IMG/VR virus record: IMGVR_UViG_2740892272_000010
Span: 1-7,513 of that record
From: a virus
Lineage: Duplodnaviria > Heunggongvirae > Uroviricota > Caudoviricetes
Direction: 5' to 3' (one strand)
DNA: 7,513 nucleotides
Part shown: positions 1-7,399 of the stretch, one piece after another
How positions within the stretch are numbered: position 1 is the stretch's first letter
Layout: each line of letters opens with the position of its first letter
The notes under the pieces: model-generated
What the model saw: the letters and a program-made list of their open reading frames with translations, nothing else
What the model was told of the DNA's origin: nothing
Database searches by the model: none
Program-made: the position numbers and the translations under genes

Positions 1-94
1 CGGAAGAAAAAGCCAGTTCTTCGCCCCTAAATAACAGCATGATTCCAGTCCATGCAAAATCTGATTTCCAGCTCACACATACCGAGCACTGTAC

Positions 95-116
95 AAAAAA
101 CCGCCAGCCAAGGCAG
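95..116 (-). terminator. putative rho-independent terminator
   Basis: On the minus strand CTGCC-TTGGCT-GGCGG forms a 5-bp stem (one G-U pair) followed by TTTTTT (complement of the A-run at 95-100). Lies about 260 nt downstream of the tRNA array. Weak stem, so low confidence. Confidence 0.3.
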
Positions 117-376
117 TTAAGAGTGTGTTCCCGGGGTTTGCTTAGAATATTTTGTAAGTTGTCCGAAGAGATATTTACAACACCAGAATGATGAATCATC
201 AGTCCCCTGCCAGAGGTTCACTACGTAACCTGACCGACAATGCACCATTCTGGTGCTGAAAAAAGAGCACTGGAACTGCAACAAAACAACATCACAGAAC
301 AGGAGATGGTAAGGAGTCAGACATTCCCACACAATATTGTGTCAGTGCAAATAACAACCTTCGTCTCAAATCTCGC

Positions 377-451
<75 letters not shown>

Positions 452-454
452 ATA

Positions 455-530
<76 letters not shown>

Positions 531-532
531 GC

Positions 533-609
533 TGGCCCACCACCGAGGACTCGAACCTCGCACCGTCAACTTAGAAGGTTGATGCTCTATCCGGATGAGC
601 TAGTGGTGG
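533..609 (-). tRNA. tRNA-Arg (anticodon UCU, reads AGA)
   Basis: Reverse complement reads CCACCACUAGCUCAUCCGGAUAGAGCAUCAACCUUCUAAGUUGACGGUGCGAGGUUCGAGUCCUCGGUGGUGGGCCA: acceptor CCACCAC/GUGGUGG, D-stem GCUC/GAGC, anticodon stem UCAAC/GUUGA, loop CUUCUAA, T-stem CGAGG/CCUCG, encoded CCA. Confidence 0.8.
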
Positions 610-610
610 T

Positions 611-687
611 TGGTGGCCCTTGCTGGACTTGAACCAGCGACCTGGCGATTATGAGTCGCTCGCTCTGACCAACTGAGCTAAAGGGCC
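611..687 (-). tRNA. tRNA-Ile2-like (anticodon CAU, probable lysidine tRNA reading AUA; elongator Met not excluded)
   Basis: Reverse complement reads GGCCCUUUAGCUCAGUUGGUCAGAGCGAGCGACUCAUAAUCGCCAGGUCGCUGGUUCAAGUCCAGCAAGGGCCACCA: acceptor GGCCCUU/AAGGGCC, anticodon loop CUCAUAA, encoded CCA. Close to E. coli ileX/ileZ-type sequences from memory. Confidence 0.75.
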
Positions 688-696
688 GGAGGCAGA

Positions 697-726
697 ATAA
701 TAACCATATGTCATCACATCTGCAAA
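697..726 (-). promoter_or_regulatory. candidate sigma70 promoter for the tRNA array
   Basis: Minus strand reads TTTGCA (726-721), an 18-nt spacer, then TATTAT (702-697); the predicted start site falls a few nt before the tRNA-Ile 5' end at 687. Motif match only. Confidence 0.25.
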
Positions 727-773
727 CTCATCTGACCACCAGCACGTTTAACGTCCTGTGCCGTTTTTCAGGT

Positions 774-801
774 ATAAAAAAACCCGCTCATCGGCGGGTT
801 T
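774..801 (-). terminator. rho-independent terminator downstream of the ORF6N gene
   Basis: Hairpin AACCCGC-TCATCG-GCGGGTT (781-800) is followed on the minus strand by a 7-U tract (complement of A776-A782). The plus strand has only UUU after the hairpin, so it is mainly a minus-strand terminator. Confidence 0.6.
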
Positions 802-876
802 AAGCTGTGTGGCGTAGTAACCACTCTTAACAGGATATTCAACTTTTTACGATCGTAAAGTTTTCGGAAAAAATTT

Positions 877-1440
877 TTAAAACCGCATCAACCGCTCCAC
901 CAGTTGCTCTTTACGGGCAACGATCCACCCGTGTTGCTCCAGATAAAATTTAAACCGTTCCAGAGTACATACCATCGCATCGGCGGGTACCTTTTCCGTG
1001 AACTCAACCTGACCGTGTTTATCGAAGTGGCTCAGTAATGCGCATCCATCATTTTCGATAGATGTGTTTTGTGCCGCTGGTGGCTGTTTCTGGTTGAAAT
1101 AACAGTCTTCCAGTTTTTCGAACACTTCCCACGCCTGATCGGTTTCGAGCATTTTGGCGTGACGGGCTGCGCCACGTTCTGTCCAGAGGATGAGGGAGCG
1201 AACGTTACGGGCAATTTTCACAGAAACTCTTAAAGAGTTTTCGTTCTTCAACTCTCGTAACGCATCACCTTCTATCAGGAAAAAATGTTTACCTTCTATA
1301 AACCGTTCTTTGTTTCGATTGAAATTGTTTGTCAAACGCTGGCGCTCTGTTCCGTACAAATCAGCCAGCAGCTCTGTTGTCATGACAGGAAGATGGTTAT
1401 GCGTAAGTGACGGGAGTTTTTCAATAGACGTGCGATTCAT
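877..1440 (-). CDS. ORF6N-domain protein (antirepressor-like DNA-binding N-terminal domain) with uncharacterised C-terminal region; prophage cargo gene
   Basis: The segment PVMTTELLADLYGTERQRLTNNFNRNKERFIEGKHFFLIEGDALREL matches the ORF6N signature (LAxLYG...RNxERFxxxFxF) from memory. Start placed at the ATG at 1440 (MNRTSIEK...), which has an AAAGGA Shine-Dalgarno 7 nt upstream. The longer frame back to 1638 lacks a ribosome-binding site and overlaps the predicted promoter. Confidence 0.7.
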   Translation of the reverse strand: MNRTSIEKLPSLTHNHLPVMTTELLADLYGTERQRLTNNFNRNKERFIEGKHFFLIEGDALRELKNENSLRVSVKIARNVRSLILWTERGAARHAKMLETDQAWEVFEKLEDCYFNQKQPPAAQNTSIENDGCALLSHFDKHGQVEFTEKVPADAMVCTLERFKFYLEQHGWIVARKEQLVERLMRF

Positions 1441-1646
1441 AGACATGTCCTTTCGAATATTTTGATTTACCCCTTTTGAGAGGGTGACCGGGCGCTCAAA
1501 ACCGTCGAAAGTCGGCGGGCGTATTTCCATTGCTGGTATTGTATTAGCCGCACACCCGGTCATAAACCAAGAATTCTGGACACAAAAAAACCACATGGCT
1601 ATCGGGTGTGGATACCGCTTTCGAGGTGTTTTGAGCACCGCGGGGA

Positions 1647-1675
1647 AATGTAAACTGCAAACCTGAAACTGTCAA
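1647..1675 (-). promoter_or_regulatory. candidate sigma70 promoter for the ORF6N gene
   Basis: Minus strand reads TTGACA (1675-1670), a 17-nt spacer, then TACATT (1652-1647). The -35 element sits between the arms of a 7-bp inverted repeat, AACCTGA (1660-1666) and TCAGGTT (1681-1687). Confidence 0.4.
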
Positions 1676-1800
1676 CACCGTCAGGTTCCAATCATCGGGT
1701 GGTGAGACGCACAGGGTTGGAACTACCGGGAAACCGACCGGCGAGCTTTTCAGCTCCCCCATGCGCCCCACCATAATTCAGATGTGCGCGTGCATACGAC

Positions 1801-1825
1801 AATAAAAAACACGCTCGCGGCGTGT
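1801..1825 (-). terminator. tR'-like rho-independent terminator downstream of Q
   Basis: GC-rich hairpin ACACGC-TCGCG-GCGTGT (1809-1825) is followed on the minus strand by TTTTTATT. It lies about 60 nt downstream of the predicted PR'-like promoter. Confidence 0.5.
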
Positions 1826-1886
1826 GTCTGTCGCGGTCTCTATCCGGGGTTCCAATCCCGACGCCAGATTTTGCTGGCGCGTGAGG

Positions 1887-1916
1887 AATATAGCCCCGGA
1901 CAATGTGTCTGGTCAA
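1887..1916 (-). promoter_or_regulatory. PR'-like late promoter immediately downstream of Q
   Basis: Minus strand reads TTGACC (1916-1911), an 18-nt spacer, then TATATT (1892-1887), beginning 5 bp after the Q stop codon. This is the position of PR' and the qut site in lambdoid phages. Confidence 0.4.
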
Positions 1917-1920
1917 GCAC

Positions 1921-2307
1921 CTACATAATTCGTTCTACGTATCTGTCCATCTCCAGCCGGATATCAAGCATCATCAACATGCCATCAATAACCCCTTCCG
2001 CTTTCTGCAGGCGCTTGCCAATACAGGTATCCGAACACCCATGTTTCCGTGCCAGACTCATAAAAGTCATTCCACCTACGTAATAATCCACCAGCAAATC
2101 GTGCAAATCCTGATTTTTCTTGTTCAACCGGGCCATACAGCCACAAATTATCATTGCATCATCATCAGAACACTGAGGGCGTGATTTCACTTTCGACGGA
2201 ATTAACCCTTTAAAACCAGCAGCGATCGACGCCCAGGATACATCTTCATGAGTGTTTGCAGCCCAAGCCCCCCACCGTTCCATAACCTGCTGAATATCAC
2301 GCGCCAT
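1921..2307 (-). CDS. phage late antiterminator Q-like protein (QuuD/933W-Q-type small Q family)
   Basis: Protein [35 protein letters not shown]...[17 protein letters not shown]... resembles the small Q antiterminators of DLP12 and 933W from memory, and the gene sits directly after rusA as in those phages. Several Cys residues are consistent with a zinc-binding site. Start placed at the ATG at 2307, which has an AGGTGA Shine-Dalgarno 5 nt upstream; the alternative start at 2328 lacks one. Confidence 0.65.
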   Translation of the reverse strand: MARDIQQVMERWGAWAANTHEDVSWASIAAGFKGLIPSKVKSRPQCSDDDAMIICGCMARLNKKNQDLHDLLVDYYVGGMTFMSLARKHGCSDTCIGKRLQKAEGVIDGMLMMLDIRLEMDRYVERIM

Positions 2308-2668
2308 CGTTATCACCTGTGATTTCATAAATCTTCACGCCCAGTCGCCCACCAGGAACGAGCTGACCGCGCACAATATTGATTTCATCAAACTGCTCGT
2401 CGTCTATGAGTAGTCCGGCATGCGTCAGCGCATCCAGTGGTGCTTTCAGGATATTGTCCAGGTCACGACGGCGCTTATCCGGTGGCTCTGCAATAATCTT
2501 TATCGCCAGCCTTCCGGACAGGTTTAATTTCAGCCGCTGCTGGCGAACAATTAGCGTCACATCACGGCGATAACGCTCACCAACTTTTGATACAAAATAT
2601 GTGCTGCCACGACGTCGCCAGTAAGTATTCACCGTCGGCGGATAAGGTAAAATAAACTCATGGCGCAT
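2297..2668 (-). CDS. rusA: RusA-family Holliday junction resolvase (crossover junction endodeoxyribonuclease)
   Basis: Carries the RusA signature [30 protein letters not shown] and an N-terminal [15 protein letters not shown] motif. A GGAGGTG Shine-Dalgarno precedes the ATG at 2668, which overlaps the stop of the upstream ORF (TGATG). Confidence 0.88.
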   Translation of the reverse strand: MRHEFILPYPPTVNTYWRRRGSTYFVSKVGERYRRDVTLIVRQQRLKLNLSGRLAIKIIAEPPDKRRRDLDNILKAPLDALTHAGLLIDDEQFDEINIVRGQLVPGGRLGVKIYEITGDNDGA

Positions 2669-2910
2669 CAGCGCAGCACCTCCTGCACCATTTTTTCAAA
2701 CTTTCCAACTTTGGTTTCCAGCTCTGCCACACAATCAACGAGCTCATCCACCGCTTTTTGTGCGCGATGTTTCGCCTGCATCAGTTCCCTGAGCGCTGGC
2801 ACCATATCCCGACGAATGGCATCTTTTGTTACACCTGTTTTTTCCAGTTGTTCCGCCTGTCGCAACATTTCCTGCGCGTGTTTACGCAATTGTTCAGAGG
2901 TAAAAGTCAT
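2668..2910 (-). CDS. small hypothetical phage protein (nin-region, predicted helical/coiled-coil)
   Basis: Open frame of about 80 aa (MTFTSEQLRKHAQEMLRQAEQLEK...) packed between the helicase and rusA. Its stop overlaps the rusA start. The start is ambiguous: ATG at 2910 with no clear Shine-Dalgarno, or TTG at 2925 overlapping the helicase stop. Confidence 0.5.
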   Translation of the reverse strand: MTFTSEQLRKHAQEMLRQAEQLEKTGVTKDAIRRDMVPALRELMQAKHRAQKAVDELVDCVAELETKVGKFEKMVQEVLR

Positions 2911-2921
2911 TGTCTGGTTGT

Positions 2922-4313
2922 TCAAAAGAAACGCTCCATCTTACTGCTGTCGGTACGTGTATTGCTGTATCTGCGCGGCTGGGGCTGCCGCATTGGGGTG
3001 GAAAGAACCTGTGCGCTTTCCTGGTCCACAGGCAGAAAATGTCCGTTATAAAAACGCCGGTAAATCGTCCCCAGAGAACCGTTACGTTGTTTCGTGATAT
3101 TAATTTCTGCTATGCCTGTAGCCTGTGTATCCGGGTTGTACACTTCATCCCTGTAAAGCATCAGAATGATGTCTGCATCCGCCTCTATTTCTCCGGAATT
3201 TTTCAGGTCTGAGTTCATGGGACGTTTATTGGGTCTGGACTCCACACCGCGGGAGAGCTGGCTCAGCGCAATCAACGGAAAACCACCGGATTTTGCCAGG
3301 CCTTTAAGCCCCTTTGAGATTTCACCCACGGCAAGGTCATGACGCCCCGTGGTTCGGGTTTTTATCAGCCCGAGATAATCAACCACCACCAGCGCCGTTT
3401 CCGGATGTTTAATCAGATGGTGTTTCGTTGTTGCGCATATCTCATCAATGGTCAGGTTCGCCTGGTCCACCATCCAGATATTGCGCCCGGTCATCCGCCC
3501 CACCCCTTGTGAGAAACGCGCCCAGTCTTCATCTTCAAAGTGAGCCACAGATTTCAGGCGTGATACTGGCATCCCTCCAGCCGCAGACACCATACGTTCA
3601 CCAATCTGGATGTTCGCCATCTCCATGGTGAACAGAAGCACACCATGCCCCTGCTCAGTCACCTTGTCGATGATGTCCAGCGCAAGTTCGGTTTTCCCCA
3701 TCGAAGGACGGGCGGCAATGAATACCAGGTCTCCGGGCTCCATACCGCCTGTTTTTGCGTCCAGTTCATCAATACCGGTCATCAACGTCCTGGATTTCTC
3801 CAGCCCCTGATTCCGGCATTCAACACGCTCAACCACTTCCGGAAGCACATCATCAATATGTACCGGCTGAATGACGCCCTTTCCTGTCGACAGTGTGACC
3901 ATCATGTTCTGCGCATCCTTCAGGGCATCTTCAGCTGCTTCACAGGTATGCGCATCACGTAATTTCTGCAGCGCCTCATTCAGTGTTTTTTCTGCATCGC
4001 GCAGTGCGGCATTGCGCCGCAACGCTGCAACATAGTGCTCCAGTGAAGACTTCACCCAGGTTTTACGCCCGGTATCAGTAATCACCGGGGCAAGTTCCGG
4101 CATCTCATTACACAACAGCACGGGGTCAATCACTCCTGAAACACGGGCCTGTCTGCAGATGCCTGTGTAGATATCCCGATACGCTCGTACAGAAAAAATG
4201 TCCGCCGGTAGTGTGATCAGAATATCCATCACTTCATGATCTGCCCCACGCAGAAAGAATGCGCCAATGACAGCGCCTTCCAGGTCATCATTACGCCAGA
4301 CTGGTGTTGTCAT
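2922..4313 (-). CDS. phage-encoded replicative DNA helicase, DnaB family
   Basis: Walker A motif IAARPSMGKTE, DnaB-like blocks LVVVDYLGLIK, ALSQLSRGVESRPNKRPMNSDLKNSGEIEADADIILMLYRDEVY and ITKQRNGSLGTI; about 463 aa. Start placed at the ATG at 4313 (MTTPVW...), which has a GAGGTG Shine-Dalgarno and overlaps the stop of an upstream frame (ATGA). The longer frame to 4454 starts on GTG inside the IS2 terminal repeat and is rejected. Confidence 0.88.
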   Translation of the reverse strand: MTTPVWRNDDLEGAVIGAFFLRGADHEVMDILITLPADIFSVRAYRDIYTGICRQARVSGVIDPVLLCNEMPELAPVITDTGRKTWVKSSLEHYVAALRRNAALRDAEKTLNEALQKLRDAHTCEAAEDALKDAQNMMVTLSTGKGVIQPVHIDDVLPEVVERVECRNQGLEKSRTLMTGIDELDAKTGGMEPGDLVFIAARPSMGKTELALDIIDKVTEQGHGVLLFTMEMANIQIGERMVSAAGGMPVSRLKSVAHFEDEDWARFSQGVGRMTGRNIWMVDQANLTIDEICATTKHHLIKHPETALVVVDYLGLIKTRTTGRHDLAVGEISKGLKGLAKSGGFPLIALSQLSRGVESRPNKRPMNSDLKNSGEIEADADIILMLYRDEVYNPDTQATGIAEINITKQRNGSLGTIYRRFYNGHFLPVDQESAQVLSTPMRQPQPRRYSNTRTDSSKMERFF

Positions 4314-4417
4314 GCAGCCACACCTCTGATACAAGAACGGTAGCTGGGCCAGTTGAACGACAACCAGTTGCGCCCCCCGTCTGTGATCCTGTCGGCAATG
4401 CGGGGGCTGATGAACGC
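4310..4417 (-). pseudogene. 3' remnant of the prophage gene upstream of the helicase (probably replication initiator or helicase loader), cut by IS2
   Basis: A minus-strand frame is open from the IS2 boundary (4417) to a TGA at 4312-4310 that overlaps the helicase ATG, encoding ...AFISPRIADRITDGGRNWLSFNWPSYRSCIRGVAA*. The rest of the gene is replaced by IS2. Confidence 0.4.
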
Positions 4418-4428
4418 TGGATTTGCCC

Positions 4429-5334
4429 CTATATTTCCAGACACCTGTTATCACTTAACCCATTACTGGCTTGCTGCCGTAGATATTCCCGTGGCGAGCG
4501 ATAACCCAGTGCACTATGCGGATGCCATTCGTTATAATGCTCGAACGCCTCTGCAAGGTTCTTTGCTGCCGTTAACCCGTCTGGTTTGGGCATGACACTG
4601 ATGTAGTCACGCTTTATCGTTTTCACGAAGCTCTCTGCTATGCCGTTACTCTCCGGACTCCGCACCGCCGTGCTCTTCGGTTCAAGCCCCAACATCCGGG
4701 CAAACTGCCGTGTTTCATTAGCCCGGTAGCATGAACCATTATCCGTCAGCCACTCTACTGGAGACGCCGGAAGCTCGTTGCCGAAGCGGCGTTCCACCGC
4801 TCCCAGCATGACGTCCTGTACTGTTTCACTGTTGAAGCCGCCCGTAGTGACCGCCCAGTGCAGTGCCTCACGGTCACAGCAGTCCAGCGCGAACGTGACT
4901 CGCAGTTTTTCTCCGTTATCACAGCGGAACTCGAACCCGTCAGAGCACCATCGCTGATTACTTTCTTTCACAGCCACTCTGCCTGTATGTGCCCGTTTCG
5001 ATGGCGGTACAGCAGGTTTTCGCTCAAGCAACAGCGCATTCTGGCGCATGATCCGGTAAACACGTTTGGCATTGATCGCAGGCATACCATCAAGTTCTGC
5101 CTGTCTGCGAAGCAGCGCCCATACCCGACGATAACCATACGTGGGCAGCTCTCCGATAACATGGTGTATACGGAGAAGCACATCCGTATCATCAGTGTGA
5201 CGACTGCGGCGGCCATCCATCCAGTCATCGGTTCGTCTGAGAATGACGTGCAACTGCGCACGCGACACCCGGAGACAACGGCTGACTAAGCTTACTCCCC
5301 ATCCCCGGGCAATAAGGGCGCGTGCGCTATCCAC
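4429..5334 (-). CDS. insD: IS2 transposase InsD (orfB, DDE integrase domain)
   Basis: 301-aa frame [34 protein letters not shown]...[20 protein letters not shown] matches IS2 InsD from memory; GTG start next to the frameshift window. Confidence 0.9.
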   Translation of the reverse strand: MDSARALIARGWGVSLVSRCLRVSRAQLHVILRRTDDWMDGRRSRHTDDTDVLLRIHHVIGELPTYGYRRVWALLRRQAELDGMPAINAKRVYRIMRQNALLLERKPAVPPSKRAHTGRVAVKESNQRWCSDGFEFRCDNGEKLRVTFALDCCDREALHWAVTTGGFNSETVQDVMLGAVERRFGNELPASPVEWLTDNGSCYRANETRQFARMLGLEPKSTAVRSPESNGIAESFVKTIKRDYISVMPKPDGLTAAKNLAEAFEHYNEWHPHSALGYRSPREYLRQQASNGLSDNRCLEI

Positions 5335-5577
5335 TTTTTTGCCCGTCCATATTCAACGGCTTCTTTGAGGAGTTCATTTTCCATCGTTTTCTTGCCGAGC
5401 AGGCGCTGGAGTTCTTTAATCTGCTTCATGGCGGCAGCAAGTTCAGAGGCAGGAACAACCTGTTCTCCGGCGGCCACAGCAGTAAGACTTCCTTCCTGGT
5501 ATTGCTTACGCCAGAGAAATAACTGGCTGGCTGCTACACCATGTTGCCGGGCAACGAGGGAGACCGTCATCCCCGGT
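5292..5577 (-). pseudogene. insC: IS2 InsC (orfA) lacking its N-terminal ~28 codons
   Basis: Frame encodes ...[80 protein letters not shown]..., the C-terminal ~93 aa of InsC. The expected N-terminus (MIDVLGPEKRRR...) and its upstream sequence are replaced by the hchA 3' end. Confidence 0.8.
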
Positions 5578-5585
5578 AACAGGGA

Positions 5586-6437
5586 TTAATCCGCATAAGC
5601 TGCCAGCATTTCCTGCGCCGCCAGTTTACCCAACGCATTCGCTGCGAAAGGACTGTCGCCGGTGAGAACTTTACGGTCCTTATGTACTCGCCCGGTGATG
5701 TCGTCATTAATAATGTTCATGCCCATTTTCTTCAGCTCTTCGCCGAAGTACCAGGTGAGATGACCCGGCATATAGCCTATCTCTGGCGTTTGTTTGTCTG
5801 CGGCGTCTGGGAATGCGCAAATGGAATAACCATTCAGTGGGTTATCGCCGTGGCGAAGCGCCAGAAAAGCCGCCGGGCCGTGGCAAAGGGAGATAACAAA
5901 ACGGTCATTTTTGATTGCCCACTGCAAAGCAGCAGCTACGTCCTGGCTTTCTGGTAAACCAATAAGTGCGCCATGACCACCAGGAACAAAGATTGCTGCA
6001 TATTCGCTATCAGCGTTGAGGCTGGCGACAACATCCGCGAGTTTCTTCGGATTGCGGAACAACGATTTATGCTGCTCAAAGAATGGCATTACTTTTTCAT
6101 CTTTGTGCGGCATAGCCCAGTATTCAAACTTGGTCATCAGACCGGAAATGGTCGCCACTTCGAATTCGAAACCAGCAGCATGGAGATGATACAACGGCAG
6201 CAACGTTTCAATCGGATGGTTACCGGTCGAGAACAGTTTTCCGTTATCGGTTGGCAAATAACGTTCGTCCGCGGCGATCACCAGAATTTTATGCTTACCG
6301 CGATACGGTTTTGGATAGTCCACGCCATCAAGATCAGAGACGGGACTGGTATATTGGCTAAGCGAATATTCTGAAGGGAAGAATGCATTATCTTCAGCAA
6401 TATCGACCTGCGGATTTTTACTTGTTTGAACAGTCAT
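5586..6437 (-). CDS. hchA: Hsp31 / glyoxalase III / protein deglycase HchA (DJ-1/PfpI family)
   Basis: 283-aa protein MTVQTSKNPQVDIAEDNAFFPSEYSLSQYTSPVSDLDGVDYPKPYRGKHKILVIAADERYL...ISLCHGPAAFLA... matches E. coli HchA almost exactly from memory. AAGGA Shine-Dalgarno 7 nt upstream of the ATG at 6437. Confidence 0.95.
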   Translation of the reverse strand: MTVQTSKNPQVDIAEDNAFFPSEYSLSQYTSPVSDLDGVDYPKPYRGKHKILVIAADERYLPTDNGKLFSTGNHPIETLLPLYHLHAAGFEFEVATISGLMTKFEYWAMPHKDEKVMPFFEQHKSLFRNPKKLADVVASLNADSEYAAIFVPGGHGALIGLPESQDVAAALQWAIKNDRFVISLCHGPAAFLALRHGDNPLNGYSICAFPDAADKQTPEIGYMPGHLTWYFGEELKKMGMNIINDDITGRVHKDRKVLTGDSPFAANALGKLAAQEMLAAYAD

Positions 6438-7027
6438 AGTGTATTCCTTATTGTTGCTTAGTTAGGGTAGTCACTATATTTGCGACTGAGCTGGTCGCTA
6501 TTTTTAACCAGTCTGGAAAATTGAGTCAATATATCGAAAGCGGTAGTCGGCGGGTGTAAGTATGTAATGATGATGCTGCACTGGTGTTGAATATTATTCA
6601 CGCCAAATTTTCCTTATTGAGCAACGTCGTCGCAAGTGGCCTCAATGATTTTAGGCCATTATCAAAGGTACGGGGCGGCGGGGAGAGATTTAGTGCTGTG
6701 AAATATTGTGGTACTGATGAATATTTATATCGCGGATTGGTAGAGAAAAGATTATTTCATGCACTATTTTTGCAAATATTTCTATATGGGAAGCGTGTTT
6801 GTTACGGATTAATTCATAAAGAAATGCATTTGGGTGTTGGTTTGAAGAGTCGCTGGTTGATGTTATTGTGCCAGGAGGGGCAGGGTAAGGTGCTGTATCG
6901 ATATGCATTGGCAATTGCGTGTGCCGCAGATGGAGATGAAATGCCAATAAAAAAGCCTGAATTCGATGAGGGACGAACTCAGGCTAGTGTTTAGTTTTAC
7001 AGTAACACGCCGCAGCACGTTGGCTGA

Positions 7028-7399
7028 TTAGAACTGGTAGACTAAGCCCACACCAACAACGTCATCTGTTGCGATGCCATTGTTGTCATAGAAATCGTCA
7101 TCTTTATCCAACAAGTTTATTTTATAGTCAACATATGTTGAGAAGTTCTTATTGAAATAGTAGGTCGCTCCAATTTCAACATAGTTGACCAGATCCTGAT
7201 CAACATACTCCTGATGACCATTGTTGTTATAGTCGTTACCGCCGAGGTCTTTGCCTTTTGAATAAACATATGCAAGAGATGGGCGCAGACCAAAATCGAA
7301 CTGATACTGTGCTACAGCTTCAAAGTTCTGGGTTTTATTTGCGATACCCACATTACCATATGGTGTCATATTGCGGGTTTCAGCATACATCATTGCAAG
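7028..7399 (-). pseudogene. yedS: C-terminal fragment of an OmpC/OmpF-family general porin (yedS-like), truncated upstream by IS1
   Basis: Frame ends with the porin C-terminal signature ...[38 protein letters not shown]. Only about 123 codons are present before the IS1 end at 7400. Its position directly upstream of hchA on the same strand matches the K-12 yedS-hchA arrangement, so the symbol is assigned by synteny and is tentative. Confidence 0.6.

Larger units (their letters stand above)
4418..5577 (-). mobile_element. IS2 (IS3 family), 5'-truncated copy: right inverted repeat intact, left end and about 170 bp missing
   Basis: Plus strand 4418-4443 (TGGATTTGCCCCTATATTTCCAGACA) is the reverse complement of the IS2 right terminus. 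InsD and the InsC C-terminal part are present, and the AAAAAAG frameshift motif is retained (5335-5341). Similarity to IS2 as I recall it stops at about 5577/5578, within InsC codon 28, so the left repeat and the InsC N-terminus are absent. Confidence 0.9.

Noticed and set aside
1-94. Possible start of a minus-strand gene (ATG at 40-38, MLLFRGEELAFSS...) running off the window start
   Set aside because: Only 13 codons are visible and the ribosome-binding site is weak, so it cannot be evaluated from this window.
117-332. 71-aa minus-strand ORF between the tRNA array and the putative terminator
   Set aside because: GTG start with no Shine-Dalgarno, and a Cys/Trp/Phe-rich translation atypical of real proteins. 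The region more plausibly is a processed 3' trailer of the tRNA transcript or regulatory DNA (it contains the 14-bp palindrome).
1441-1638. N-terminal extension of the ORF6N frame back to 1638
   Set aside because: The extension (MLKTPRKRYPHPIAMWFF...) has no ribosome-binding site and overlaps the predicted promoter and start site. The internal ATG at 1440 has a well-spaced AAAGGA Shine-Dalgarno.
4314-4454. N-terminal extension of the helicase frame to a GTG at 4454
   Set aside because: That GTG lies inside the IS2 terminal inverted repeat. The extension is explained by in-frame read-through of the IS2 end and the remnant region. The ATG at 4313 has a GAGGTG Shine-Dalgarno and the ATGA overlap.
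1190-5289. Plus-strand ORFs 1190-1465, 1484-1666, 1784-2083, 1903-2184, 2379-2573, 2660-3097, 2758-3051, 2910-3212, 3428-3631, 3610-3810, 3645-3962, 4304-4504, 4353-4595 and 4858-5289
   Set aside because: All are antisense to well-supported minus-strand genes (ORF6N, Q, rusA, helicase, IS2 transposase). They have low-complexity or Cys/Ser-rich translations and no Shine-Dalgarno context. They look like shadow frames of the real genes.
6584-6994. 136-aa plus-strand ORF in the hchA-yedS intergenic region
   Set aside because: It lies in the AT-rich hchA upstream regulatory region, has no convincing ribosome-binding site, and its translation has no recognisable features. I recall no gene here in K-12. 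Most likely a chance open frame, though a small divergent gene cannot be fully excluded.
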